Position numbers and translations under genes: made by a program. The notes under the pieces were generated by a model, which was given only the letters and a program-made list of their open reading frames with translations, searched no databases and was not told where the DNA came from. A stretch of DNA of 64,000 nt from Vulcanimicrobiota bacterium (GTDB lineage: Bacteria > Vulcanimicrobiota > Vulcanimicrobiia > Vulcanimicrobiales > Vulcanimicrobiaceae), in contig CAVZQC010000004.1 of assembly GCA_963777315.1 (NCBI GenBank), positions 416,001-480,000 of the forward strand. The letters run 5' to 3'. This document shows positions 42,351-52,050 of this stretch, one piece after another (position 1 is the stretch's first letter; every line of letters starts with the position of its first letter).

Positions 42351-43301
42351 ATGAGCGCGAACACGCTGCATATCACCAACGGCGACTCCGTGCTTTACGT
42401 CTGGAAAAAAGCCGGCTTGCTGGGCACGCATTTGGCATGGCGGGACGTGCTGCACGAAGGTCCGGTGCCGGCCGGCTTGCCGCTCGAAGAACTCAGCCGC
42501 ATTCGAGCCGCCTATTTCGCGGAGCGCGGTTACGGCAATCCAATCAAGATTCACCGCGATTTCGAAAAGCGCGATGCCACGTTGCGCAAAGCTCGCGAAT
42601 TCGAAGAGATCGTTTTATGGTTCGAGCACGATCTCTACGATCAGCTGCAGCTGCTGCAAATTCTCGACGCGCTGCGCGATCTGGGCCTAGGCGCGGGCAG
42701 CGTGCAGCTCGTGCAAAGCGATCAGTATCTCGGGATGCTGGGAGCCGAGGAAATCATGGCGTTGTATCCCAAGCGCCGGTACGTGACCGGTGCCGCGCAC
42801 GAGGCAGCGGCGCGCGCGTGGCAAGCGTTTACGTCGGATACGCCGCAGCCCTTGCTCGAGATCACCTCGCGCGCGTATTCGGGTTTGCCGTTCCTGCGCG
42901 ACGCATTCGTGCGTTTGTGTGAAGAGTATCCGGCATACGACAGCGGTCTCTCACGGACGCAAAAACACATCCTCGAAGCTTGCGCCCAGGGCGCTCGACG
43001 GCGCGAAGAGGTGTTCCGGCGATCGCAGGCGCGGGAAGAAGCGGCATTTCTGGGGGACGCGTCGTGTTATCGTGAAATCGATGCGCTGGGCTCTGAGCCC
43101 GCCCCTGCGCTCACGCTTCTCGACGACGGATACGACGTTACGGTCTTGGGACGAAGGGTGCTTGCCGGCGACGCAGACTGGCTCGAACATCAGCCGCTCG
43201 ACCGATGGATCGGCGGCGTGCATCTTGCGAGCGCGCGGCATTGGCGCTGGGACGATACGCAGGGAACGTTCAGCGAGCGAGTCCTGGAAGCACAAGGGTA
43301 G
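42351..43301 (+). CDS. DUF1835-like protein
   Basis: LHITNGDS, WRDVLHEGPV, WFEHDLYDQLQL and DRWIGGVH motifs. Confidence 0.7.
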   Translation: MSANTLHITNGDSVLYVWKKAGLLGTHLAWRDVLHEGPVPAGLPLEELSRIRAAYFAERGYGNPIKIHRDFEKRDATLRKAREFEEIVLWFEHDLYDQLQLLQILDALRDLGLGAGSVQLVQSDQYLGMLGAEEIMALYPKRRYVTGAAHEAAARAWQAFTSDTPQPLLEITSRAYSGLPFLRDAFVRLCEEYPAYDSGLSRTQKHILEACAQGARRREEVFRRSQAREEAAFLGDASCYREIDALGSEPAPALTLLDDGYDVTVLGRRVLAGDADWLEHQPLDRWIGGVHLASARHWRWDDTQGTFSERVLEAQG

Positions 43302-43329
43302 CGCGGGTGCCCCGGCCAAGGGAGGCATC

Positions 43330-43704
43330 ATGTCGCACGACGCACTTTCAGTGGAGATAAAGTCCGAGCACGGCGGCAATGCAATCGTCTACCGCTTGGG
43401 CGGTACGCTCGATCTCGCAACCGCGCCTTCGCTGCGCGCAGCGCTGGTCGACGCTGCGAACGAAGGCAAGCACGACATCATCGTCGACCTCACGCATCTG
43501 GAGTTCTTGGACTCGACCGGGCTTGGCGCGCTCATCGGCGCTCACCGGCGAGCGCTCGAACACGGCGGCCGCGTTCGGCTCATCGTGAACGATGGGCCCA
43601 TTCACCGGCTGCTGACGATCACCGGCCTGCTGCGGATTTTTGCGGTGTACGCGTCGCTCGACGCGGCGCTGGACGATCGCGACCGGCTCGTCGCTTCAAT
43701 TTAA
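43330..43704 (+). CDS. STAS anti-sigma factor antagonist (RsbV/SpoIIAA family)
   Basis: GTLDLATAP and VDLTHLEFLDSTGLGAL with the phosphorylatable Ser; GGAGG RBS. Confidence 0.9.
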   Translation: MSHDALSVEIKSEHGGNAIVYRLGGTLDLATAPSLRAALVDAANEGKHDIIVDLTHLEFLDSTGLGALIGAHRRALEHGGRVRLIVNDGPIHRLLTITGLLRIFAVYASLDAALDDRDRLVASI

Positions 43705-43713
43705 CGGCACCGT

Positions 43714-44970
43714 CTAAGCGCCGGGCGCGTCGAGCAATTCGATGACGTGCATCACGCGCGTCCGATCGTTGGTTTCACGCAGCTGCGCGCTCATTTGAAG
43801 CGCGCAGCCGGGATTGGCGGTTGCGACGATGTCGGCTTGTGCCGCCGCGACGTTCTCGGCTTTGCGCCGTCCCAACCGCTGGGCCATTTCGGGCTGCGTC
43901 AAGTTATACGTGCCGGCACTTCCGCAGCACACTGAACTTTCGTTCATCTCCCGCAGGGTAAGGCCGGGGATTTGCGCCAGCAGACGGCGCGGTGCGGCGG
44001 CGATTCGCTGCGCGTGCACGAGATGGCACGCGTCCTGATAGGTGACCGTTGCTTCGACTCGCGCCGGTTGCACTGAAAGGCCGATTTCGTCGAGGAATTC
44101 GAGTACGTCGCGGACCTTGCCCGAAAAGGCTCGCGCCCGATCGGCCCAATTCGGATCGTCCGCCAACAGATGCCCGTATTCTTTGAGCGCGGAGCCGCAG
44201 CCGGCGGCATTAACGATGTAGTATTGCGCGCCGGATCGCTCGAACGCGCGGATGTTTCTTTTGGCCAGCTCGCGTCCGAAGGCCGGATCGCCCGCGTGCA
44301 CTGCAATCGCGCCGCAGCAGCCCTGGCCCGACGGCACCATGACCGTGCATCCGTTGCGCGCCAGTACGCGCGCCGTAGCTTCGTTCCAGTGCGCGAACGC
44401 GACGTGAACGATGCAGCCTGCGTGCAGAAAGACGGTGTATCGTGCATTCTGCGCGCCGTACGTGCGATCGTCGGGGATGAAGAAGACGTCCGAAATTTCA
44501 GGAGCAAGCGCCTGCGCTTGCTCTATTTTCAGCAGCCGCGACAGGCCGATGCGCTGGGCGAGCGCCTGTGCACCGGCACGCTGTGCCGCACGCAGCAATC
44601 GCGCCGCAAGCCGCATCAGCCGCATGTTCCCGAACAGAGCCCGCACCGCAAACCAACGCAAGAAGCGAGCCGGCGCCGGACGTTTCGGCGCAACCGCCTG
44701 CTCGATTTTGGCGCGCGCCGCTTCCACCAGCTCGCCGTATTCGACTCCGCTCGGGCAGACGGCCTCGCAAGCGCGGCAATCCAAGCATTCGGACATTTGA
44801 TGCACGAAGCCCGGCGAGAGAAGATCGAGCCGTTCCTCGTCGACCGCCTTTATCAGACTTATCCGACCGCGCGGCCCGGAGGTTTCCGTCATCGTCTCCA
44901 GGTACGTCGGGCAGGACGGCAGGCACAAGCCGCAACGCACGCATTTGTTGTAGACGGACGCGTCGATCAT
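43714..44970 (-). CDS. glcF: Glycolate oxidase Fe-S subunit (GlcF-like)
   Basis: Two CxxCxxCxxxCP motifs, two CCG domains, TYQDACHL and TANPGC. Confidence 0.85.
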   Translation of the reverse strand: MIDASVYNKCVRCGLCLPSCPTYLETMTETSGPRGRISLIKAVDEERLDLLSPGFVHQMSECLDCRACEAVCPSGVEYGELVEAARAKIEQAVAPKRPAPARFLRWFAVRALFGNMRLMRLAARLLRAAQRAGAQALAQRIGLSRLLKIEQAQALAPEISDVFFIPDDRTYGAQNARYTVFLHAGCIVHVAFAHWNEATARVLARNGCTVMVPSGQGCCGAIAVHAGDPAFGRELAKRNIRAFERSGAQYYIVNAAGCGSALKEYGHLLADDPNWADRARAFSGKVRDVLEFLDEIGLSVQPARVEATVTYQDACHLVHAQRIAAAPRRLLAQIPGLTLREMNESSVCCGSAGTYNLTQPEMAQRLGRRKAENVAAAQADIVATANPGCALQMSAQLRETNDRTRVMHVIELLDAPGA

Positions 44971-45068
44971 TGCGAATCGTCGTTCGACCGTGAAAAGGCG
45001 AAGCATTTACCCTGCCGGTAAAGAATGGTCCCTAGACGGGGCTGCCGTGACGAAAGGAGCGACCATAC

Positions 45069-46166
45069 GTGGCTGAGGCCGCCACCGGCGAATATCGACT
45101 GTCCAGCGAAACACAGCTCAAGCGTTTCGTTGCGGCGATTCTGGAAAAGGTCGGCGTCGACCGAGCTCATGCCGGCGTGGTGGCGGACGTGCTCGTCGCT
45201 GCAGACTTGCGCGGTATCGAATCTCACGGCGTCGCACGCTTGGAGTCGTATTACGTCGGGCGGATCCGTGCGGGCAAGCTGTGTCCCAAACCCGATTACC
45301 GGATCGTGCGAGAGACCGAAACGTCCGTCCTGTACGATGCCGATAACGGTCTCGGGCATCCGGTGGGGAAGCTGGCGATGGAGAAGGTGCTCGAGAAAGC
45401 CGCCCGGCACGGCGCGGCTTTCGGCGGCGTGCGCAATTCCAACCATTTCGGCATCGCCGGTTATTACGCGATGCTGGCACTCGATCGCGACATGATCGGA
45501 ATGGCTTCCACCAACTCCGTTCGCTACGGAGCGCCGACGTTCGGCAAAGAAGTTATGCTCGGAACCAATCCGCTCGCGTTCGCCATTCCGGCAGGCCGGG
45601 AGCCGGCGTTCGTGCTGGATTTTGCGACGACGACGGTGCCTAAAGGCAAGCTCGAAGTCTATAAACGCAAGGGCTTGCCGCTCAAAGACGGATGGGCGAT
45701 CGATTCGTCGGGGCAGGCGACTACGGACCCGGACGAGGCTCTGCGCGGCGCGCTGCTGCCGCTCGGAGGGTTCGGCACCGAAGGGGGCGGTCACAAGGGA
45801 TATGGATTGGGCCTGCTCGCCGACATTCTTTGCGGCGTGCTTTCGGGCGGTAAATTTGGAACGGAATTGCCCGTTGTAACGGATACGATGGAAGGTGCGA
45901 TCTCGCATTGGTTCGGCGCATTCCGAGTCGATGCGTTTCGCGACGTCGAGGCATTCAAAGCCGACATGGATCGCGAGCTGCGCGCATTCAAAGACAGCCG
46001 CAAGGTTCCGGGTGAAGACCGCATCTACGTGGCCGGCGAACCGGAGCACGAAAAGACGCAGCAGCATCGCGAACACGGCGTGCCGGTTCACGTCAAAGTG
46101 TGGGACGGCCTGCAAAAAGTCGGCGGCGAATTGGGAATCCCATTCGACCTTTCGCGCAGCGAATGA
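45069..46166 (+). CDS. Ldh_2 family (type 2 malate/L-lactate) oxidoreductase
   Basis: ADLRGIESHG, NSNHFG, GTNP and GGHKGYGL motifs. Confidence 0.9.
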   Translation: MAEAATGEYRLSSETQLKRFVAAILEKVGVDRAHAGVVADVLVAADLRGIESHGVARLESYYVGRIRAGKLCPKPDYRIVRETETSVLYDADNGLGHPVGKLAMEKVLEKAARHGAAFGGVRNSNHFGIAGYYAMLALDRDMIGMASTNSVRYGAPTFGKEVMLGTNPLAFAIPAGREPAFVLDFATTTVPKGKLEVYKRKGLPLKDGWAIDSSGQATTDPDEALRGALLPLGGFGTEGGGHKGYGLGLLADILCGVLSGGKFGTELPVVTDTMEGAISHWFGAFRVDAFRDVEAFKADMDRELRAFKDSRKVPGEDRIYVAGEPEHEKTQQHREHGVPVHVKVWDGLQKVGGELGIPFDLSRSE

Positions 46167-46618
46167 ATTCCATGCCGCACGAACCGGTTTCTCCCGCCGT
46201 CCACGTGAGCGTCGCATCGCCGGCCGGTACGTACACGGTGGGAAACTCCTCGTTCTTTCGATACATCGTGCGTTTAGCGGAAGCCGGCCTGCCTTTGCAC
46301 GGCGACGACCGTGAAGCGCTCGAAATGCTTGCCGCCATTCCGCACGCGTTTTTCGACGACGACGAGCTGCAGTGGGGACGCGGCTGGCGCATCGTGCCGG
46401 CGATGTCGCTCGACGACTGGCCCGTGCTCGAATCCACGCCGCAGCGCGTGCGGTTTGCCCTGGAAACGGCACGGCGCATCCTGTGGGAGAACGCGTGGCC
46501 CGTCGGCATCAGCGCGCATGAGATCGTCGCAATCGAAGACGAGCTCGACGCGGTGTTCTCGGTACTGGAACGCGCGGAAAAAGCCGGTTTTCCCGTCAAC
46601 ATCAGCTATGTGAGCTGA
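46163..46618 (+). CDS. Hypothetical protein
   Basis: ATG overlaps the upstream stop (ATGA); no motif recognised. Confidence 0.6.
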   Translation: MNSMPHEPVSPAVHVSVASPAGTYTVGNSSFFRYIVRLAEAGLPLHGDDREALEMLAAIPHAFFDDDELQWGRGWRIVPAMSLDDWPVLESTPQRVRFALETARRILWENAWPVGISAHEIVAIEDELDAVFSVLERAEKAGFPVNISYVS

Positions 46619-46652
46619 GCGCCGGCGCGCAGCGTCCGCGAAGGAGAACGTC

Positions 46653-48239
46653 GTGGCCGTTTTTGCGAAACACCCGTGCGAAGAGCGGCGCTATGCAGGC
46701 CCGCGTCCTCCGGCGCCGGCAGCGCGTCCCGGTTGGATACTGCTGGTTGCCATCGTGGGTTCGAGCATGACGTTTATCGACGGCAGCGCCGTCAACGTCG
46801 CTCTGCCGACGATGCAGCGGGACCTGCACGCGGACGCCGCGGCTTTGCAATGGGTGATCGAAGGTTACGCGCTGTTTCTCTCCTCGCTCATTCTGATCGG
46901 GGGATCGCTGGGCGATCTCTTGGGCAGGCGCCGCATCTTTGTCATCGGCATCGGCGTGTTCGCCGCGGCGTCGCTGGGCTGCGCGGTGTCGCAGCACATC
47001 GTCGAACTCAACGCAGCCCGGTGCCTGCAAGGCATAGGCGCCGCTTTGGCCGTGCCCGGAAGCTTGGCTCTGATCAGCGCGGGCTACGGCGGCGCAGAGC
47101 GCGGACGCGCGATCGGATCGTGGTCGGGTTTCGCTGCTATCACCGCTGCAATCGGTCCGTTGCTGGGCGGATGGCTGGCGCAGCATGCCTCGTGGCGATA
47201 TGTGTTCGTCATCAACATCCCGCTGGCAATCTTCGTCGTAACGGCATCGCTGCTGCGGGTTCCCGAAAGCCGCGATGAAGGACGCTCGCATTCGATCGAC
47301 GTCGCCGGCGCATCGATGGTGACCGCAGCTCTGGCCGCATTGACCTACGGTTTGATTCGGCTGCAAAGCGCCCCGGACGTTGTCGGCATTGCGTGCGCTT
47401 CGTGCAGCGTGCTCTTTTTTGCGGGGTTCGCACTGTGGGAGCGCCGCAGCGATTCACCGATGGTGCCCCATGGGATCTTCGGCAACCTGACGTTTACCGG
47501 CGCGAATGCCTATACGTTCTTCCTGTACGCCGCGCTTGGCGGCAGTCTGTACTTCGTGCCCTTCGACTTGCAAAACGTGCACGGATATACTCCCACGGCT
47601 GCGGGCGCTGCGATGCTGCCCTTCGTGCTGATCATGTTCGCGTTTTCTCGATGGTCCGGCGGTCTGGTCGCAAAGGTGGGCGCGCGCACTCCCATGATCG
47701 CCGGTGCGCTGATCGCTGGAGGCGGATTCCTGGCGTACGCGCGAATCGGCGTAGGCGGCTCGTATTGGACGACGTTCTTTCCCGCCGCTGTGGTCCTTGG
47801 TTTCGGAGGCGCGTTGTTCGTGGCGCCGTTGACGACGGCGGTCATGAATGCGGTGGAAACCGCGCACGCCGGCGCGGCCTCCGGTATCAACAACGCGGTC
47901 TCGCGGGTAGCGGGGCTGCTGGCGATCGCGGCGCTGGGCATCGTGCTGGCCGCGACGCTTTATGCGACGTTCGACCGGCGCGTTGCGGCTCTTTCGCTGA
48001 CGCGCGAATCGGTCCGCACGCTGGCTCGCGAACGCGGCAGTTTGGCCACGGGCAAAGTTCCGGCAGATTTGGCCGAGGCGGACCGAGCGCAGGTGCAGAC
48101 GGCGCTGCGCGCGGCGTACACCGACGGATTCCGCCGGACGATGATCGTTTCCGCACTGTTGTCTTGGATCGCCGCGTTCATTGCGCTGTTCACGATTGCA
48201 AAATCTCCGCTCCCGGTTCCGATGACGCCGTCAGCGTGA
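46653..48239 (+). CDS. MFS transporter (DHA2/EmrB-like)
   Basis: GSLGDLLGRRR motif A, GPLLGG, WRYVFVINIP; about 14 TM segments. Confidence 0.92.
   Translation: MAVFAKHPCEERRYAGPRPPAPAARPGWILLVAIVGSSMTFIDGSAVNVALPTMQRDLHADAAALQWVIEGYALFLSSLILIGGSLGDLLGRRRIFVIGIGVFAAASLGCAVSQHIVELNAARCLQGIGAALAVPGSLALISAGYGGAERGRAIGSWSGFAAITAAIGPLLGGWLAQHASWRYVFVINIPLAIFVVTASLLRVPESRDEGRSHSIDVAGASMVTAALAALTYGLIRLQSAPDVVGIACASCSVLFFAGFALWERRSDSPMVPHGIFGNLTFTGANAYTFFLYAALGGSLYFVPFDLQNVHGYTPTAAGAAMLPFVLIMFAFSRWSGGLVAKVGARTPMIAGALIAGGGFLAYARIGVGGSYWTTFFPAAVVLGFGGALFVAPLTTAVMNAVETAHAGAASGINNAVSRVAGLLAIAALGIVLAATLYATFDRRVAALSLTRESVRTLARERGSLATGKVPADLAEADRAQVQTALRAAYTDGFRRTMIVSALLSWIAAFIALFTIAKSPLPVPMTPSA
47739..48200 (+). 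repeat. Copy 1 of a 462-bp diverged direct repeat (MFS 3' end)
   Basis: Colinear with 51547-52008, from GCGCGAATCGGCGTAGGCGG to TTCACGATTGCA. Confidence 0.92.
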
Positions 48240-48619
48240 CCATCAGAATACTTTGCTTCCCACGAGCCTGATGTGGTTGACGGCTGGCGGCGGCACGAAA
48301 CCGCCAGCACCGGCGCAGTATGCCGTTCAGAAGTTGTACTACGGTAAACCGATGCCCTAGATGGCAAGAAAGCCGCTCATGCTTCGGATCACGCGGCCTC
48401 TGCGAGAAATCGTGGTAATGCAAAACGGCGCTGCTCTAAAAGGGGGCGACCGCCGTGCTCGCGCGCGTCGATGCTTCTGCACGGTCGGCACTTCGTTGTG
48501 CGGACCTGGCAGACGGATTTTAGGTGAGAAGTATGCGTACGAAACAGTGAGATACACCCCCGATAAGTGTTCACGCATGGGCTGCACACGCTTCCCGAGA
48601 TACGGGGACAACGTAGTGA

Positions 48620-48890
48620 ACGCAGCACAGTGGAACGAAATCCTCGCCGATACGGGGATGACCTTGGTAGCAATCGATCGACTCGTCCATCACGCAACGA
48701 TCCTCGAAATGAACGCCGAGAGCATCGCCGACGAACTGCCGAGCGAAAGCAAACGTGACAAAGCTGGAAAAACACTAATTTTATCCAGGCTGCGAGAAAG
48801 CGTGGACCAGATCCACTAGCAAGAGATTTCGACGCGAAAGGGGCTCATCCACACCCCGGCACAACCGCTGCTGCGACCAATTCTATAACA
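48620..48890 (+). mobile_element. istB: IS21-family remnant (IstB C-terminal fragment and possible right end)
   Basis: QWNEILADTGMTLVAIDRLVHHATILEMNAES matches the IstB C-terminal DRLVHH motif; downstream sequence ends in TAACA, like IS21 ends. Confidence 0.7.
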
Positions 48891-48995
48891 AGCGGCACCG
48901 GTGTAGGCATGTCTCGAACCCGATCCGCAGAATGCAATCGGATTGTAACGGAACGCTGCTTCACCATCGTGCCGCTATGCGGCTGGGCCAATGTT

Positions 48996-50566
48996 GTGAA
49001 GAATCTTGCAAGTCACCCCCCGTGGGCTGCGCTCGTTGCCCTTAGCATGCTGGTTGCGTGTCGCGGAGGAGGTCCGGGCGGCGGCGCTCTTCCCGCGGTG
49101 AACCCGCACTCAGTGGAGCTTCATGCCGCAAACCATCTGACGTTTCATCCGAATCAACTCAGCAGTTCGAACGGGAGCGTCTGCCTGGAACTTGCGACGC
49201 CGGACCCGTCACAGGGTGTGTCGGCGCACTTCAAGTGCTACCTTGAGCCGAGCGATTCGATGACATTCAATAATCTGACTGCGGAGCCGGATTATCACGG
49301 GAGCGCGCTTCCCTGCAGCGCCACATCATGGACCATCGGTCCTGCAACCGGCGTGGGAGGCTACGCTGTTCCCGGACTTACGGCGACGGAGTCGCCAGCC
49401 ACCACGGATTCGAGTTCCGACTGCAAGCGCGTCGATACGACCAGCGCGACCCTGACGACATCGGCAGCGCTCTCCAACAACTTCAACTACTCGATCTATA
49501 CGACCGAGGGCACCTACACCGTCATCAACCCTCCGAACTCCGCGACATGCACGAATTGCGAATCGACTGGATGGTGGGACTTCTGGCCGGGACTGCACAT
49601 CAAGGACGTCGATGAAGGAAAGTCCGTGGAGAATACGTCGGTCGAACGGGTGGCTGGCCAGCACATCGACCTGCAGGCCTACGCGCCTGATTCGTCTTCG
49701 CTGTCGTCCTGCAACTGGACTATCCCGAGCCCGTTTCCGGACGATGCCGTGGACGCGTATTCTTGGGTCGTAAATCCCGCGTTGAGCCCCCCGAGCAGCT
49801 GGTCGACACCGAAGCCAAGTTCTGCATCTTTGATGAATACGACCCTTCAATTCTACTGGATCAGTGCCCAGCCCGCTGGAGAGATCAAGGTCACATGCAC
49901 GTTGAGCAACGGTGCAAAGCTCACGGCGAAGGCGACGTATACCGTGATCTCACCGGCTACGACGGTTACCGCGACTTACGGATCCCCCGGCGCGAATGAC
50001 AACTATCCACCGAATCTGGCCTATTGCAACCAGACCGCGACATACTTGTACTTTGGGAATCCGTGCAAAGTTCAGGGGTCAAGTGGCAGTACAAGGCAAC
50101 GGCGACTGCCAAGGAAGCTGGGTCAATCGCGATGCTTCAACTAATCAATCGGAATGTCTCTGGGATGAACCAAGGATCTCCACCGACGCCCTACAGCGAT
50201 ACGACGAGCAATGCGAGTTGGGCCGACAACGACGAGCCTTACAGCAGTCCCGTGACGCTGCCGGCAAGCAGTAGTGCGATCTGGTCCGACTTCGACGCTC
50301 CAGCCACTTACCTTGCCGATAAGACCGCGCTCGAGATGCACGACATCTTCGACGACTACTTCATGTACAAGCCTGACGGCGACAGCAGCGGTGTGAGCAT
50401 TTGGATAACGTCAAATCACCTGACGTGGTCATACGACATTTCGACAACGTGGAGTGCCACCAGGGGGTTCATCGATCCGCCAACCGTATACTCCGAATCA
50501 TTACCGGCAACCGCTCCAACCTACACCGCATTGCCAGTTTGGAATGGCCTCTACCTCAACCAATGA
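48996..50566 (+). CDS. Large Ser/Thr/Cys-rich putative lipoprotein; frameshift near 50075
   Basis: Lipobox LSMLVAC-RGGG; ORF 48909-50144 continues in ORF 50024-50566 (NPCKVQG/VKWQYK) across a G4 run. Confidence 0.65.
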
Positions 50567-50586
50567 ACGCAGGTGACGGAGGGCTC

Positions 50587-51096
50587 ATGCGATTCCGAAT
50601 ACCGGCACTTATACTGCTAATCTCTCTGGGAATGGCTGCCGCCAGCCGCGGCGCTCCGCCGCAAGGCGGTACGCCTGGTCCGACTTATCCGTCGGGTCCA
50701 TCGGTGGCCGGCCTGCGTTTATCCTTGCATTCCGAACGTGCTTCGTTCGAGCTCGGCAAGCCGATATTCGTATGGATCATCATTTCCAACGTCTCCGGAA
50801 GAGACATGGATATGTCCTACGGCGACGTCGAACACGCGGCAAGGTTCTTTGTGATGGACCACATCGGCGCGCAGGTCGCGGCTCGCCAGCCGGGCGGAGG
50901 CGTCATCGGTGGAAGCCGCTTTCTGGGTGCCGGTGACCAGCGGAGAATACGCGTACGATTGGACAGGTGGGTTCCAGTTGATCATCCAGGGGCTTACAAG
51001 GTCACAGCGACTATGGACGTGCAGATTGGCAATGCCGCCCACCCCAGCGCCGTGCAGCTCAGAAGCAACCCAATCACCGTGCGCGTTACGCGGTAA
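50587..51096 (+). CDS. Small secreted protein, predicted beta-sandwich
   Basis: GGAGG RBS, signal peptide MRFRIPALILLISLGMAAA, then alternating beta strands (LRLSL, IFVWIII, PGAYKVTA, SNPITVRV). Confidence 0.65.
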   Translation: MRFRIPALILLISLGMAAASRGAPPQGGTPGPTYPSGPSVAGLRLSLHSERASFELGKPIFVWIIISNVSGRDMDMSYGDVEHAARFFVMDHIGAQVAARQPGGGVIGGSRFLGAGDQRRIRVRLDRWVPVDHPGAYKVTATMDVQIGNAAHPSAVQLRSNPITVRVTR

Positions 51097-51546
51097 GAGT
51101 CCTCTCACGAATCCATTTCATGGGCGCTCGATGCCAGCCGTGAGAGGCTGTTACCTGCGGGTTACTTTGTGGTTACCGCCCTTATATTTCGGGGCTCGCG
51201 TCCGATGCAGTCCATGGGTTTGCGGCCTGGAGCAACGTGAACTCCGCGCAGACGGCGACGTTGAGGCAGAGCGCAGAAAAAGCCAGGGTTGATGCCAACA
51301 GCGGGATGGAGCGGTGCAAAGGATAGAGGGCTCGCCTTACCGCTGACATTTTGCCCTCGCTGCTGTAGACCGCGGTCCGACGGTTCCATTGAATTTCTGA
51401 ACGCGCGCTGAAACTGATCGGTTTACATGATAGTGTTGCGCTTGACGATGCCTGGCCGACCGTCATTCACGTGGGCGATCTAGCGCAATTCGTAGGCGAT
51501 ATGGCGATACCGCGTCCAGCGTCGTCCGTTCGCCATGCGGTTGACG

Positions 51547-52050
51547 GCGCGAATCGGCGTAGGCGGATCATACTGGACGACGTTCTTTCCCGCAGCGGTG
51601 GTCCTTGGTTTCGGAGGCGCCTTTTTCGTGGCGCCGTTGACGACAGCGGTGATGAATGCCGTGGAAACTGCGCACGCCGGTGCAGCCTCAGGTATCAACA
51701 ACGCTGTCTCGCGGGTTGCGGGACTGCTGGCGATCGCGGCGCTGGGCATCGTGCTGGCCGCGACGCTCTATGCGACGTTCGACCGGCGCGTCGCGGCTCT
51801 TTCGTTGACACGCGAATCGATCCGCACGCTGGCTAAGGAACGTGGCAGCTTGGCGACCGGCAAAGTTCCGGCGGCCCTTGCCGCAGCAGATCGAGCGCAC
51901 GTGCAAACGGCACTGCGCGCGGCATATACCGACGGATTCCGCCGGACCATGCTCGTTTCGGCGCTGTTGTCTTGGACCGCGGCACTCGTTGCGCTGTTCA
52001 CGATTGCACGATTTTCTCAGCCCGTTCCCGCGTCAGCGCAGACACACTAA
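51547..52050 (+). pseudogene. Orphan 3' fragment of the MFS transporter (repeat copy 2)
   Basis: Translates nearly identically to the C-terminus of 46653-48239 but has no 5' part. Confidence 0.88.

Noticed and set aside
51100..51546. Short ORFs at the right end of the island
   Set aside because: Short frames with scattered stops and no recognisable motif; probably decayed DNA.
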